The notes beneath the pieces were generated by a model, which was not told where the DNA came from, ran no database searches, and saw only the letters and a program-made list of their open reading frames with translations. This document shows positions 37,040-47,392 of a DNA stretch of 64,000 nucleotides, one piece after another. The position numbers and the translations under genes were made by a program. The first letter of the stretch is position 1. The number at the start of each line of letters is the position of its first letter. The stretch lies in the sequence record PQ741806.1. One strand, given 5' to 3'.

Positions 37040-37912
37040 TTAGATTTTTACAGACCAACTTTGCTCGAATTCCTGATATAGGAAATTGTCTGACGCATTA
37101 TCCCAATTTTCTCGATCAGTTACACCATAATAATGGAATTCTAGTTCAGTAGGTCCACCAACAAAACCATTCTTAGCATAGCTATAAACATTGCCATTGG
37201 TTAGCTTAATCAGTGTATCCACATAGAAACTATTACGGTTCCATATTTCATTGTGGATGTACTTAAATACCACACTGTGGATATACTTAAATTGCGCACT
37301 TGGTTTTCCGAGTACACTCCAATAGAATTTACGGATACCTATTTCGGTCTTGAAATTAAACTCTCCGTTGCGAATGTTGTTAGAAACAATACGTGCCAGT
37401 TTATTAACCCGATTTTCTTCACCGATTAGATAGATCCCGGAAACACTACATCCATCTCCTATTGATCCATTATTAACTAGTGGATCAACACCATATTCAT
37501 CAGTGAAAATGGTTTTGATAACCTCTTTACCTTCTCGACGCACTAACATATTCAGGTGACCATCTTCGATATATGACATATGGCTAGGCTGAATATATTC
37601 ACTTGTATCGACGATAACATCATTCGCCATTACATTAAACTGTAGATGGTTTACCAGATCACTAATACCTTTAAAACGAATGGCTTGGTTCGCTGTATTT
37701 AGATCGACATACACCACGACATCAATAATGCCTTGTTTTAGTGATTTGTCATCTTTGTCAGTAGTTGTATCAATTTTTACGTAATTTTGATATAGTTCAC
37801 TAAAACAAGATATGATGTCATCATGTAGTTTAATTACATCAGATCCATTTCGTTCAAGCGCTTTAAGCGATACGTTAAAACCAATACGAATTTTATTAGA
37901 ACGACGTGCCAT
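37040..37912 (-). CDS. Hypothetical protein
   Basis: 290-aa ORF. Confidence 0.85.
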   Translation of the reverse strand: MARRSNKIRIGFNVSLKALERNGSDVIKLHDDIISCFSELYQNYVKIDTTTDKDDKSLKQGIIDVVVYVDLNTANQAIRFKGISDLVNHLQFNVMANDVIVDTSEYIQPSHMSYIEDGHLNMLVRREGKEVIKTIFTDEYGVDPLVNNGSIGDGCSVSGIYLIGEENRVNKLARIVSNNIRNGEFNFKTEIGIRKFYWSVLGKPSAQFKYIHSVVFKYIHNEIWNRNSFYVDTLIKLTNGNVYSYAKNGFVGGPTELEFHYYGVTDRENWDNASDNFLYQEFEQSWSVKI

Positions 37913-37953
37913 GGTTATATCACCTATGTTAAATTAATGAATTATTTATTCAA

Positions 37954-38316
37954 TTACCGTACTACATCTGTGATTAGAATAAGTTCATCATCACTATTGA
38001 TAACACTATAGCTTTTTACAATTTCGATGCGCTTACTAATAATCTTATTCTCTAGATCTACTTTTACGATATTAACACGAATTACCTTATTTGATTGATC
38101 ATACATTTCTTTAAAAATGCATTCGATATTTTTACCAATGACAGCTTTTAATTTTTCAATGCTGTCAATGGATGAATATTTAAAACTATATGCTTCTGCC
38201 AGGGTTTTTGCATTACCCACAACCGTAGTTAGGGTACCCCAATAATCATAAACATACAACGCAGTATCACTATTGGGATTATCGATAATTTCAATTATAA
38301 AATCCACTTGTATCAC
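37954..38316 (-). CDS. Hypothetical early protein
   Basis: GTG start after AGGAG; promoter 38344. Confidence 0.75.
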   Translation of the reverse strand: MIQVDFIIEIIDNPNSDTALYVYDYWGTLTTVVGNAKTLAEAYSFKYSSIDSIEKLKAVIGKNIECIFKEMYDQSNKVIRVNIVKVDLENKIISKRIEIVKSYSVINSDDELILITDVVR

Positions 38317-38343
38317 TCCTATTAGTTTATTGATAGTACACTT

Positions 38344-38367
38344 GTAATATAGATCTTAAATAAATTA
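38344..38367 (-). promoter_or_regulatory. Early promoter, type B
   Basis: AATTTATTTAAGATCTATATTAC. Confidence 0.7.
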
Positions 38368-38371
38368 TGAT

Positions 38372-38836
38372 CTAACCATTTAAAATAGATAAAGCCTCTA
38401 TATGCCAATGGTGTATTAGTTCTTCTTTACTAATAATATTATTGAAGTAGTTTAACCGATGTGATACCATTAATTTAGAATGCATATCGACTTCACTACT
38501 TACCTTAATCACCCCAGTCTCTAATAATCGCAGAGAGCCAACATACGTAAATAAAGTTGGTTTTAAATACCAGTGTTCCCTATATTGTTTTTGATCAGGT
38601 ACATTTCCTACAATGTAGTCAGTAGAATTACTTCGGTATGCGTAAATAGTTGATTTAGAACCAAGTAAATTAAGATCGATATCATAACTCCCGCTTTTAG
38701 CTGCAATACATTCAATAACTGATGGGGCCACACATATACGGTTGGTTACACTGTCTTCGCCATCAGCTCTATTACTTGGAATATATGGCCTTAATAAAAC
38801 ATAATCCCCAAGGTATACTGTCGATATGTGATACAT
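38372..38836 (-). CDS. Putative ADP-ribosyltransferase-fold protein
   Basis: YHIS...RICVAPS...VPDQKQYREHW pattern. Confidence 0.5.
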   Translation of the reverse strand: MYHISTVYLGDYVLLRPYIPSNRADGEDSVTNRICVAPSVIECIAAKSGSYDIDLNLLGSKSTIYAYRSNSTDYIVGNVPDQKQYREHWYLKPTLFTYVGSLRLLETGVIKVSSEVDMHSKLMVSHRLNYFNNIISKEELIHHWHIEALSILNG

Positions 38837-38851
38837 AATTAACCTATTTAA

Positions 38852-39379
38852 TTAAAACAGATAACGCTCTGTTACTGAACGATATTGTGACATGATGTTT
38901 AATGGATCAACATCCACTGGTGCTTTAGTGACAGTTAAGCGAGCACCTTTTAAAAATTCACCAATATCTAATTTCCTTACAGTAACATCATGGATAGTGT
39001 TTTTCGTAATCCACTCAGTATCAATGCTATTGTGAGGATTATTATTCTTAATCCATTTGTCAGAGTCCCTAAATGGAATGGTATAAACATACACAACCAT
39101 TTTTAAAATATCACTTTTATCGATATTATTTTGACAATAGATTGTAATATCCCTATCAACAGTAGCATATCTATCACTATCAAATAACTTTTCGATAGCG
39201 CTACCAATACCTAAATAAGATGCATCTTTTTCAGATGACGTTGCATATAGGTATTGGTTAGACTCAATACCATCCCACATAACAAGTTCACCAGATCTTT
39301 TAAATCCTGGCATTAATTCATCTTGTTTATAAAGAGAACCATGGTAAAGTAATTCTGGTTTATTCATAATAAAATCCAC
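38852..39379 (-). CDS. Putative H-Y-E ADP-ribosyltransferase-fold protein
   Basis: LYHGS, YLYAT, DTEWI. Confidence 0.6.
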   Translation of the reverse strand: MDFIMNKPELLYHGSLYKQDELMPGFKRSGELVMWDGIESNQYLYATSSEKDASYLGIGSAIEKLFDSDRYATVDRDITIYCQNNIDKSDILKMVVYVYTIPFRDSDKWIKNNNPHNSIDTEWITKNTIHDVTVRKLDIGEFLKGARLTVTKAPVDVDPLNIMSQYRSVTERYLF

Positions 39380-39413
39380 TATGCTTTATAAGAGTTATGG
39401 TTATCAATTAACT

Positions 39414-39770
39414 TCAAGGTAGCAGTGTGGCCGTATTGAAGTGATTGGTTACTGCTTCGATCAGCATATGCTCGATGTTGATTTTGTAGTATTCCGGTTC
39501 TTCGTTCAATTCCCAAATGACAGTCGCACGTAATAGTGCAGGTGCTATGAATCTAACTACCTTACCATGTGTGTCAAACTCTACATTAAACATTGCATAA
39601 TGTTCAGTGGTATGATCTTTGTAAAAAGTGAAAGTACCAGCGTAACTGCGAACCTCTATTTCACCGTGAACACTGGAGTAGACTTCCTGGTGGAATACTT
39701 TACCTTTAAGGCGTGTATTCTCTTCAATGATATTTACCAATTCTTTCAATTTGTCTTTATCTAGTTGCAT
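39414..39770 (-). CDS. Hypothetical protein
   Basis: 118-aa ORF. Confidence 0.8.
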   Translation of the reverse strand: MQLDKDKLKELVNIIEENTRLKGKVFHQEVYSSVHGEIEVRSYAGTFTFYKDHTTEHYAMFNVEFDTHGKVVRFIAPALLRATVIWELNEEPEYYKINIEHMLIEAVTNHFNTATLLP

Positions 39771-39810
39771 TTGTAGGTTCCTATTAATAAATGTATACGA
39801 TGGATATCTT

Positions 39811-40176
39811 TTACGATTTCCGGTGCTTATCCATATCTAGTTTTACATCAGCATATATCTTGAATCTATCAGATAGACTATCCATATCTACACGCAATGC
39901 CCGAATATGCATATGAGTATCTTTTGGTTTACCTTCAGACTCCCATACGGCCTTTACGATATCAAATACCACATTGTTCAAATAGTATTCGACTTCATGT
40001 TCATCAAGCAAAAGAGTGTCATGGAAACCAATACGTGATAAAATGGCGTAATCACGCTGATTAACATCTCTCCAACCTTTACGTACTAAGTAACTTTTAC
40101 AGATTCCATCTTTTTTACAACTTTTACTAATAATTTCTATAATGAACTTATCATGCCATTTATAATCCATAATCAT
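39811..40176 (-). CDS. Hypothetical protein
   Basis: 121-aa ORF. Confidence 0.8.
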   Translation of the reverse strand: MIMDYKWHDKFIIEIISKSCKKDGICKSYLVRKGWRDVNQRDYAILSRIGFHDTLLLDEHEVEYYLNNVVFDIVKAVWESEGKPKDTHMHIRALRVDMDSLSDRFKIYADVKLDMDKHRKS

Positions 40177-40183
40177 TACTCCT

Positions 40184-40696
40184 TCATTTAATCAGCTTCA
40201 TTACTAGAGGAACAGATAGACTTATGCCATTGGCCATTTTAGCTAGGCTATGATAGACATCGTCTGCTTCTTGATTATTGGTACAAGGTATAGAAATGGC
40301 ATCACCATAGTAAGGACTGTAGTTAATACGGTCGCCATACACACCACTCACAAAACTATAATCTAATCCATCCGTAGTAGTCATAATAACTACAACATGA
40401 TCATCCCCAACTATACCGGATTCTAAATCCTCACATAGTTCCAGTTTTTGTTGCACACCTCGTTGACAGATCCATACCTCACGGTATTGATGATGGGGAT
40501 ATGGATTACATGCTACATCATTTTCACTAACGAAGTACATAGTCCCCCAGTTGTAAGACTGGAATTGGGTTGTTTGTTTGTGGGCTTCCCATACCTCCTC
40601 CATACAAAAGGTATGTTTGTTAACCCATAGACCATCGTTATTAAGACTATCAACGATCCCATCACGGACACGTACTACACGGAGTGTTTTAGTCAT
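40184..40696 (-). CDS. Hypothetical protein
   Basis: 170-aa ORF. Confidence 0.8.
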   Translation of the reverse strand: MTKTLRVVRVRDGIVDSLNNDGLWVNKHTFCMEEVWEAHKQTTQFQSYNWGTMYFVSENDVACNPYPHHQYREVWICQRGVQQKLELCEDLESGIVGDDHVVVIMTTTDGLDYSFVSGVYGDRINYSPYYGDAISIPCTNNQEADDVYHSLAKMANGISLSVPLVMKLIK

Positions 40697-41129
40697 CTAC
40701 GTAACCCTCATCAGATACATAAGTGCGTTCAGGGCTGAACACATATTTGATGTTATTAATTACAGCTGTGATATAAACCTGATATTCTTTTGAAATAGAT
40801 TCCATCAGTTCAATAGATACGGAATTTGAACTCTGAATAAGTTTATTTACTTTCTTTAGTTCATCAAATTCTAACCGACCGTAGATTACACCAACATCTC
40901 TGAAACTGATAACTGGATAGTGTTTCCAAATATAACAATTCAGTTTACCAAGATGAATTACTTGAATTGTTTCATCGCACCATTGTTTCTTTTTCTTATT
41001 GTAGTATTCAACACGACGTTCGATGAAGACGCGAGTACCAGAAACAGAGGTGTACGCATTCAGTTCATAACCATACTTATGGTCAACGTTATTTGGATCT
41101 TGGCGCCATTTTGGAATGAATGCTTTCAT
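40689..41129 (-). CDS. Hypothetical protein
   Basis: 146-aa ORF after AAGGA. Confidence 0.8.
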   Translation of the reverse strand: MKAFIPKWRQDPNNVDHKYGYELNAYTSVSGTRVFIERRVEYYNKKKKQWCDETIQVIHLGKLNCYIWKHYPVISFRDVGVIYGRLEFDELKKVNKLIQSSNSVSIELMESISKEYQVYITAVINNIKYVFSPERTYVSDEGYVDD

Positions 41130-41187
41130 TTGTATTTTCCTTTTTACGAAATAGAAGCCCTCCCGAAGGAGGGCAATTATACCATTA

Positions 41188-41487
41188 TTAAATTACGAGT
41201 CTATATACTTCTTTTAATTTTTCACCAGGGGTAGCTAGATAATCTACATTATATTTAATAGCAATTACACCCACAAGTTCTTTTCTCAGTAGCTGTTCTA
41301 CCTGATCGCATAATTTATCAATAGCTCCATCTTCTACATCCTCGTATAATGGATATTGACTATAAATATTATCAGGTGTAAGTACAGACAGTTTCAATTC
41401 CCCATCTTTACCAATGACTGGGTGATATGTCTGTTTAAGACCTTTACAATGATAGTGATAGGTAATGCGCTGTTGTTTAGTGGTCAT
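41188..41487 (-). CDS. Hypothetical protein
   Basis: 99-aa ORF ending at terminator 41157-41175. Confidence 0.8.
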   Translation of the reverse strand: MTTKQQRITYHYHCKGLKQTYHPVIGKDGELKLSVLTPDNIYSQYPLYEDVEDGAIDKLCDQVEQLLRKELVGVIAIKYNVDYLATPGEKLKEVYRLVI

Positions 41488-41498
41488 GTAAAGATACC

Positions 41499-42020
41499 TT
41501 AAATAAACCGTTGGGTAGTTCCGTCTTTAAAGACAGTTAGTTGATTAACATCTTTCAATGAATTATCTGCAATATTCTTAGCCAATAACAATAGATCATC
41601 GTGATATGTTTTAATGAGAACTTTAAGCCTCTCCCTTTGTTTATATCGGAAACCTTTATTAATCACAGTAACTCCATCCGGGTTATTTTTATAATTCAGT
41701 ACAGTGATTGGTGTATTCGGTACAAAGACGGCTAGTTCGTCATCGAATACAATGTAAACCATCACTTTATAATTATTAACCGATTCTTGGAATTGTTGTG
41801 TGATTACATTATAGTCTTTTGTGCGATGGCTAAGAAACAGCTCACTATTAGCTCGGCAGAAACTATGTCGCGCTTTTTTATCAGCACTCATAACAGCGAT
41901 ACCACGGATAATGAATTTATTATCTAAGGTATATTTTCTTTGAGACATCGCATAGTCGACTACATCAACATCGCCGCCAAATAGCACGGCATTTTCACCG
42001 TATCCACAAATAAGAGCCAT
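41499..42020 (-). CDS. Hypothetical protein
   Basis: 173-aa ORF. Confidence 0.8.
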   Translation of the reverse strand: MALICGYGENAVLFGGDVDVVDYAMSQRKYTLDNKFIIRGIAVMSADKKARHSFCRANSELFLSHRTKDYNVITQQFQESVNNYKVMVYIVFDDELAVFVPNTPITVLNYKNNPDGVTVINKGFRYKQRERLKVLIKTYHDDLLLLAKNIADNSLKDVNQLTVFKDGTTQRFI

Positions 42021-42034
42021 TTATAATTACCTGT

Positions 42035-42394
42035 TTAAAAATTATATTCAATAAATTGAAGAGTGAATAGTTCACTACATTCCCATGTACGACTTGCTAA
42101 TTTATATTTACCTTTAACAGGTAAGTCAAAATAACGTAATGCTTTTTCTACTGAACCAGCCTCATGATTAACCAATAGAACATTCCTAGCCTTCAGAATA
42201 TTTGAACAATTTACAAGTTCATAATCATCTCGCTTAGGTGTCAACATAGCTACATTAGTGCCTGGTTTTCTAGCATACCAGAGCACCTCATGACCCTCTG
42301 GATTAATAATAGAGATATATAGCTGACGTTCAGCGGGTAACCACAAGTTACGTGGATCATACTCTCCATTAACATCAAAGAATTTAAATATCAT
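42035..42394 (-). CDS. Hypothetical protein
   Basis: 119-aa ORF, ATGA-coupled. Confidence 0.8.
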   Translation of the reverse strand: MIFKFFDVNGEYDPRNLWLPAERQLYISIINPEGHEVLWYARKPGTNVAMLTPKRDDYELVNCSNILKARNVLLVNHEAGSVEKALRYFDLPVKGKYKLASRTWECSELFTLQFIEYNF

Positions 42395-42630
42395 AGAGTT
42401 GGAACCGGTTTTGATGGATCAGCAATTAGTGCAGATTCTTCTACATAAACCATTGCGAAGTTTTCACCTTCTTTACGAATACCAGTAGAAGGTGTTTTCG
42501 ATGGATCATAAACGATAATTTGGCACTGCTGTCCAGCTGTTAAATAAGTTGGGCCAGTTAATGCATTGGGTTTTGGATGAGGAATATCAATTTTAGTAAT
42601 ACAATATTGACCAGTACGAAACTCACGCAT
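42391..42630 (-). CDS. Small SH3-like protein
   Basis: FRTGQYC...LTAGQQCQI pattern. Confidence 0.65.
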   Translation of the reverse strand: MREFRTGQYCITKIDIPHPKPNALTGPTYLTAGQQCQIIVYDPSKTPSTGIRKEGENFAMVYVEESALIADPSKPVPTL

Positions 42631-42642
42631 TATATTAACCTC

Positions 42643-43329
42643 TTAATGAATAACTGTTGCAGAAGGACGACATTTCATAGTTTTAAAAATGTCAGTAGGA
42701 TAGATATTACCAGCTTGTCCGAAAGGTTTATCGGCTAGAAGAAACTGCGGACAAACTGTTTGTAGATAACCACTATCAGTGGGTAGGAATCCTTCAATAT
42801 CACTGATGAGAATTTGCCAGATGGGCAATTGGTTATAATAGTCATCCATATTGTAGTATGCGTGGAGTTTACCACCGAACCCATATACAAACTGATGAGT
42901 ATCAATTAGACGAATACCAAATTTAGGTTGTCGTCCCATCCTTTGATCTTCTTCAAATGCGCTCAGTAAATCTGCAATCTCTACGCTACCCGTGATCTGT
43001 TTCACTTCTTTTAATTTTTCAAAAATGGCGTAAAAGGTATTTACTGCCGATTCCTTAGTGATGCATGCAGTGATCACCAGTTCAGGAAAGAGTGGATCTT
43101 CTTTATTACACCCACACGTGTAATAAACAACATTGGGACCAATATCACCTTCTCGTTCAAGCACGGCAAAAGGCTTTTTGGATAGTTTCATTTGCTTTTC
43201 AATTAACTGTCTGCTATTCTCACGAATAGATGCATATTCGTGACTGGCCTTAAAAATAGGCGCTTTGTAATCTATCTCTTTTGGTTCTACTAGATCACTT
43301 GCCGATTTGATAACTAACGGGTTACTCAT
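42643..43329 (-). CDS. DUF4262-like protein
   Basis: YYTCG...FPELVI and WQILISDIEGFLP...Y...Q. Confidence 0.6.
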   Translation of the reverse strand: MSNPLVIKSASDLVEPKEIDYKAPIFKASHEYASIRENSRQLIEKQMKLSKKPFAVLEREGDIGPNVVYYTCGCNKEDPLFPELVITACITKESAVNTFYAIFEKLKEVKQITGSVEIADLLSAFEEDQRMGRQPKFGIRLIDTHQFVYGFGGKLHAYYNMDDYYNQLPIWQILISDIEGFLPTDSGYLQTVCPQFLLADKPFGQAGNIYPTDIFKTMKCRPSATVIH

Positions 43330-43374
43330 TGTATATTTCCTTTTCTTATATAAAAAAGGGAGGTATTACCCTCC

Positions 43375-43710
43375 CTAATTAAGCATTAGATATTTAGGTT
43401 CAGTGGTGGCTCGGATCTTAGCAATAAGTGCTTTCTGATCACTAACCTTACTAATGGGGTATTCTAATAAACGTAAATCCATGTCCCGATGTACTAAACC
43501 CAACATTGCCTTATTTTGATGACTATTATTACGTAATGCAGCGATATGTTTATCAACTTCATTACTAACAGTCTTTGAAAGCCCTACTAAATACTTCCCA
43601 GTTGCAATGTGTTCAATAACATAAACACCTGCTCCAACTATTTCACTTCTTTTCCCACGACCGTGCGAAGTACTCGACCAACTATAACACTTATCATCAA
43701 CTATAAACAT
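43375..43710 (-). CDS. Degenerate GIY-YIG-like protein
   Basis: AGVYVIEHIATGKYLVGLS...HIAALRNNSHQN; catalytic Arg apparently missing. Confidence 0.65.
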   Translation of the reverse strand: MFIVDDKCYSWSSTSHGRGKRSEIVGAGVYVIEHIATGKYLVGLSKTVSNEVDKHIAALRNNSHQNKAMLGLVHRDMDLRLLEYPISKVSDQKALIAKIRATTEPKYLMLN

Positions 43711-43753
43711 GGTTAATTCCCGTCCTATAACTATCTAATTGGACGGTCAAGTA

Positions 43754-44119
43754 TTAGCTACCAGTCCATGAATACTTATCATAAACTGACCACATTGAAT
43801 GGATCTTATTGATGATATTGAAAATAGGTTCTTGGACCTCTTCAAAATCACCTAGATCAGCTGCCAGATTGGCCATATATTGGAATAACCACTCAGTCGA
43901 TACATCCACTAGATTGGTAAATGGGATACTGGCATATGGGATTTGCTTTGACATACCAAACTGATAAATTTTAGCAAACCATGCATCCAACATTGCAACA
44001 TCTGTTTTAAACATCCAATAAGTTTCAGCTGGATATGTGCCGTCATGGATAGAGTATAACAGATCACCAGTAATCGTTTTAACAAGCATTTCTACTTCAG
44101 CAGAATTAATTTCGATCAT
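43754..44119 (-). CDS. Hypothetical protein
   Basis: 121-aa ORF. Confidence 0.8.
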   Translation of the reverse strand: MIEINSAEVEMLVKTITGDLLYSIHDGTYPAETYWMFKTDVAMLDAWFAKIYQFGMSKQIPYASIPFTNLVDVSTEWLFQYMANLAADLGDFEEVQEPIFNIINKIHSMWSVYDKYSWTGS

Positions 44120-44120
44120 C

Positions 44121-44498
44121 TCAACCCACCTTTAGTTTACTGCAATATAGTCTAAACTTAAGAATATCCTCTACTAAGTTAGACCACAGAGTATACCTAT
44201 TTCGTGATGCATTTACTTCTTCAATCTTAGCATTTATATTTTGGCGAAGAACTTTGTAATGCTGGTACGCATTAGTCGCATGTTTAGAGAACAAGATAAT
44301 AATATCATCAGGACTTTTATTTAGCACATCAGTTAGTGAATCATCATCATATATTTCAATAAGCGCATTAACGATACGATGATGAAGATGGGTTAGTAAT
44401 TGGTAAATATGATATTCGCTACCAATATAATTACCTTTTATAAAAGCTCTTTTACTATAGAGGATCTGTGCAGTATCTCTTACGCATTCAAGTTTCAT
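44121..44498 (-). CDS. Hypothetical protein
   Basis: 125-aa ORF. Confidence 0.8.
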   Translation of the reverse strand: MKLECVRDTAQILYSKRAFIKGNYIGSEYHIYQLLTHLHHRIVNALIEIYDDDSLTDVLNKSPDDIIILFSKHATNAYQHYKVLRQNINAKIEEVNASRNRYTLWSNLVEDILKFRLYCSKLKVG

Positions 44499-44707
44499 TG
44501 TGCATTAACCTGATGTAGATGAACATAAAACCCATTACTAGGACCACTATTAGATGGATAAACTAACAGATGGTCTCCATTAACAGACTCGATTATAACT
44601 ACAGTGCCAGCTTTGCATAGTGTAAGATCATAGCCGCATTCACCGGTGCTATTAATAATATCTGTATTGACTACAACTTTGTCACCGGCTTTAAATGAAT
44701 TTGACAT
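44495..44707 (-). CDS. Small SH3-like protein
   Basis: FKAGDKVVV...GTVVII. Confidence 0.7.
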   Translation of the reverse strand: MSNSFKAGDKVVVNTDIINSTGECGYDLTLCKAGTVVIIESVNGDHLLVYPSNSGPSNGFYVHLHQVNAQ

Positions 44708-44715
44708 ATATCACC

Positions 44716-45018
44716 TCAGTTATAGGCGTGAAGAATATCATCCATATCTGTACATTGTACAGTTTCAATTTGATTATAATTGTCGGCATTTAAAACTCTA
44801 AAGCCGCCTTCGGGATTACCCTCATCAACACCTAATACGGTTAGGTCATCACCTTCATTAGCAAACTTCCATTCTAAATAACCATTCTTTTTACAAGTAC
44901 GCATGATCCAAATATCCTGTGTTGCTTGTAGAATCATACCTACTTGAACTTTATTCTTAGCGATAAGACTAATACCATTAGCTAGCACGTTTGCTAGACA
45001 GCTCACTGTTGTACTCAT
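44716..45018 (-). CDS. Hypothetical protein
   Basis: 100-aa ORF after GAGG. Confidence 0.8.
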   Translation of the reverse strand: MSTTVSCLANVLANGISLIAKNKVQVGMILQATQDIWIMRTCKKNGYLEWKFANEGDDLTVLGVDEGNPEGGFRVLNADNYNQIETVQCTDMDDILHAYN

Positions 45019-45310
45019 TTCTTTTTACCTCTTTACCACTTTTATCTTCAGTTAACCATGACTTGTTAAAGATACTATTTATGATGGGATTGAATTTCGG
45101 TGATTCTTTCTTTTTCTGATCTATATCCATCGATATCACCTATACTAATAATTTTATTAATACCAACTAATGTACTACTTAAAATAGCTATAATCAAAAA
45201 CAGTGCTACATATTTGATTCCTTCCATTTTGAGTACCTCAAATAATGATTATCTAACTTAGCATGGTTATTATATATTTTTAAATTTACTTATAATAAAC
45301 CATTTATGCA

Positions 45311-45613
45311 TTATGGCAATAGTTCACTGTATTTAGAATAGTTGTCAATCACCCATTGATTAGACATATACTTAGGAGTATCACCTAGTAGTTTAGTATA
45401 GGTTAGAAGATAGATTATTTGTGCTTTATTAAAGTCTAATCCAGCCTCTTCCCAACCATTACGGTACTGCTCCACCTTATCACCATGTGCGCTAATGAGC
45501 CCAGTACAGGACTCAATATACCGGTCTTCACCAGCGAATACAGTACTAATGAACTTATCGGTATTAGCCAACATATACGACGCCGAGTCAATTACCTTAT
45601 TATTCATTTTCAT
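45311..45613 (-). CDS. Hypothetical protein
   Basis: 100-aa ORF. Confidence 0.8.
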   Translation of the reverse strand: MKMNNKVIDSASYMLANTDKFISTVFAGEDRYIESCTGLISAHGDKVEQYRNGWEEAGLDFNKAQIIYLLTYTKLLGDTPKYMSNQWVIDNYSKYSELLP

Positions 45614-45675
45614 TTGAATATACCTGTTTATATAAAGGGATATAAAAGCCTCCCCGAAGGGAGGCCATTATGGCG

Positions 45676-46107
45676 TTACATTGTGAAACGAATTGACACA
45701 CCACAAATAGGACTATTAGAATCTGTCCAAATTTTAGCTGTACCATCATTTTTAATAGTTACACAATAACCCCAGCGAAGGTTATTTATTTTAGTGGTAT
45801 ACCCACTTTTAAATACAGTCATGTCTTTATAAAGCTGTGGGATAGTTGGTACTTTTTTAGACTGCATTTTACCAGATAAATCACGATAGTAGAGTTTATC
45901 TACAATCACATTATCGAATTTTTTATAATCACCAAAGACTTCAGATAGATTGAACTCTACCCCATCTGTTTTTAGTGGGGCAGTCATAAAACTACCTTGC
46001 TCAGTTGTAACCATGCTGATAGCAACATCATGGTCTAATAGAAATCGAGTTTCACCATTAGTTTTCTTATATACTGGGAAACTTCCTAGCTGTTGTAGAA
46101 CACTCAT
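45676..46107 (-). CDS. Hypothetical protein
   Basis: 143-aa ORF after AGGAG. Confidence 0.8.
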   Translation of the reverse strand: MSVLQQLGSFPVYKKTNGETRFLLDHDVAISMVTTEQGSFMTAPLKTDGVEFNLSEVFGDYKKFDNVIVDKLYYRDLSGKMQSKKVPTIPQLYKDMTVFKSGYTTKINNLRWGYCVTIKNDGTAKIWTDSNSPICGVSIRFTM

Positions 46108-46143
46108 TATTAACTCCTGATTGATGGTCTATAAAATTGACCA

Positions 46144-46590
46144 TTATAAACCTTTATAGCATTCTACACTAATTTTCTTTATGACCATATCAAACTCACT
46201 ATCAACATACTCATTGTCATGATAGTACTCATCTGAATAACCGATGAGTTTTTTCTGGTTATGATAATTTAAAAAGAAAATAACACGCATTACAATACAA
46301 GCATGTTCGGGATGATTAAGATATAATTCTTTCTTATCTAGGTCTAAATAAAGTGTTTTTATTTGAACTGGTTCATTAGTGAAAACTAGTTTTACAGGGT
46401 TATCCAGCTGTATTACTTTGGGTTCACTATTAAAAAATGTATCACCGGATTCACCTAAGTAATACGTAATTGATTTAACATAATAGGCTATATCTTCGGT
46501 TTTCTCTAACCGGGTTATACAATAGCCGGTTATGACTGAAAGAACAAACAATGATAAAATAACTAATATTATCTCAGTCACATTGACCAC
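46144..46590 (-). CDS. N-terminally anchored membrane protein
   Basis: Hydrophobic residues 6-25. Confidence 0.8.
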   Translation of the reverse strand: MVNVTEIILVILSLFVLSVITGYCITRLEKTEDIAYYVKSITYYLGESGDTFFNSEPKVIQLDNPVKLVFTNEPVQIKTLYLDLDKKELYLNHPEHACIVMRVIFFLNYHNQKKLIGYSDEYYHDNEYVDSEFDMVIKKISVECYKGL

Positions 46591-46870
46591 CTATGTAAAG
46601 TGTTGTTATATCGATACACTGTGAAACAGAATGTTTACGTGGAATAAATATTTCATCGATGGTTAAATCATCATCAATGGGTTGAATACTTTCTAATCTA
46701 CCAAATCCATCACAGTTAAATTTAAGTGCTGGATAACCTTCAATACCCATGCTAACCCAGCTATTATTCTGTTTAGTTACATGGTTGAATTTAAAATTAC
46801 GCATCTTTCCTAGAAATTCAATTGTCCATGTAGCATCCTTCTGTTTCTTCAAATGGTAATATTTATTCAT
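46574..46870 (-). CDS. Hypothetical protein
   Basis: 98-aa ORF. Confidence 0.75.
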   Translation of the reverse strand: MNKYYHLKKQKDATWTIEFLGKMRNFKFNHVTKQNNSWVSMGIEGYPALKFNCDGFGRLESIQPIDDDLTIDEIFIPRKHSVSQCIDITTLYIGGQCD

Positions 46871-46948
46871 TAGTATTCACCATTATTAAGATTAGTTTCA
46901 TTCTATTAAATAGATAGGGGGTCTTTAGACCCCCATTTTCATAATTAA

Positions 46949-47368
46949 TTAGAATGCAGAAATGGCCAACTCATTGCATTTAACGGCAGCGAGTTTTTCC
47001 CAATCTTCTTCATGTTCCATCAAGCATTCAATTACAACATGCATGGACCATGACTCGCCATCAATATTTGCAAATACAAAGAAACCATCATCAAGCTCAG
47101 TGATACCACTAATCAGATTATTTTTGATCAGGTAGACCAACTGATCATTAACGATTTTAACTTCATTATCAATGAGATGGCTGACATATTTGCTAGTGAT
47201 ATCAAACACTTCTTTTGATGAAAGTGTCCCATCCCGTTTGACAGCAGTTAGGCTCCAATTAACCAAAGACGGTGAATACCAATGAAGACCATGTACATTC
47301 ATCAAAACTGGATGTTTGTTATCCATAGCTTTTACAGAATAAGCCCAATACTTTTCATCAAGATACAT
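46949..47368 (-). CDS. Hypothetical protein
   Basis: 139-aa ORF after AAGGA. Confidence 0.8.
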   Translation of the reverse strand: MYLDEKYWAYSVKAMDNKHPVLMNVHGLHWYSPSLVNWSLTAVKRDGTLSSKEVFDITSKYVSHLIDNEVKIVNDQLVYLIKNNLISGITELDDGFFVFANIDGESWSMHVVIECLMEHEEDWEKLAAVKCNELAISAF

Positions 47369-47392
47369 TTATATTTCCTTTTTCCAGATTGA

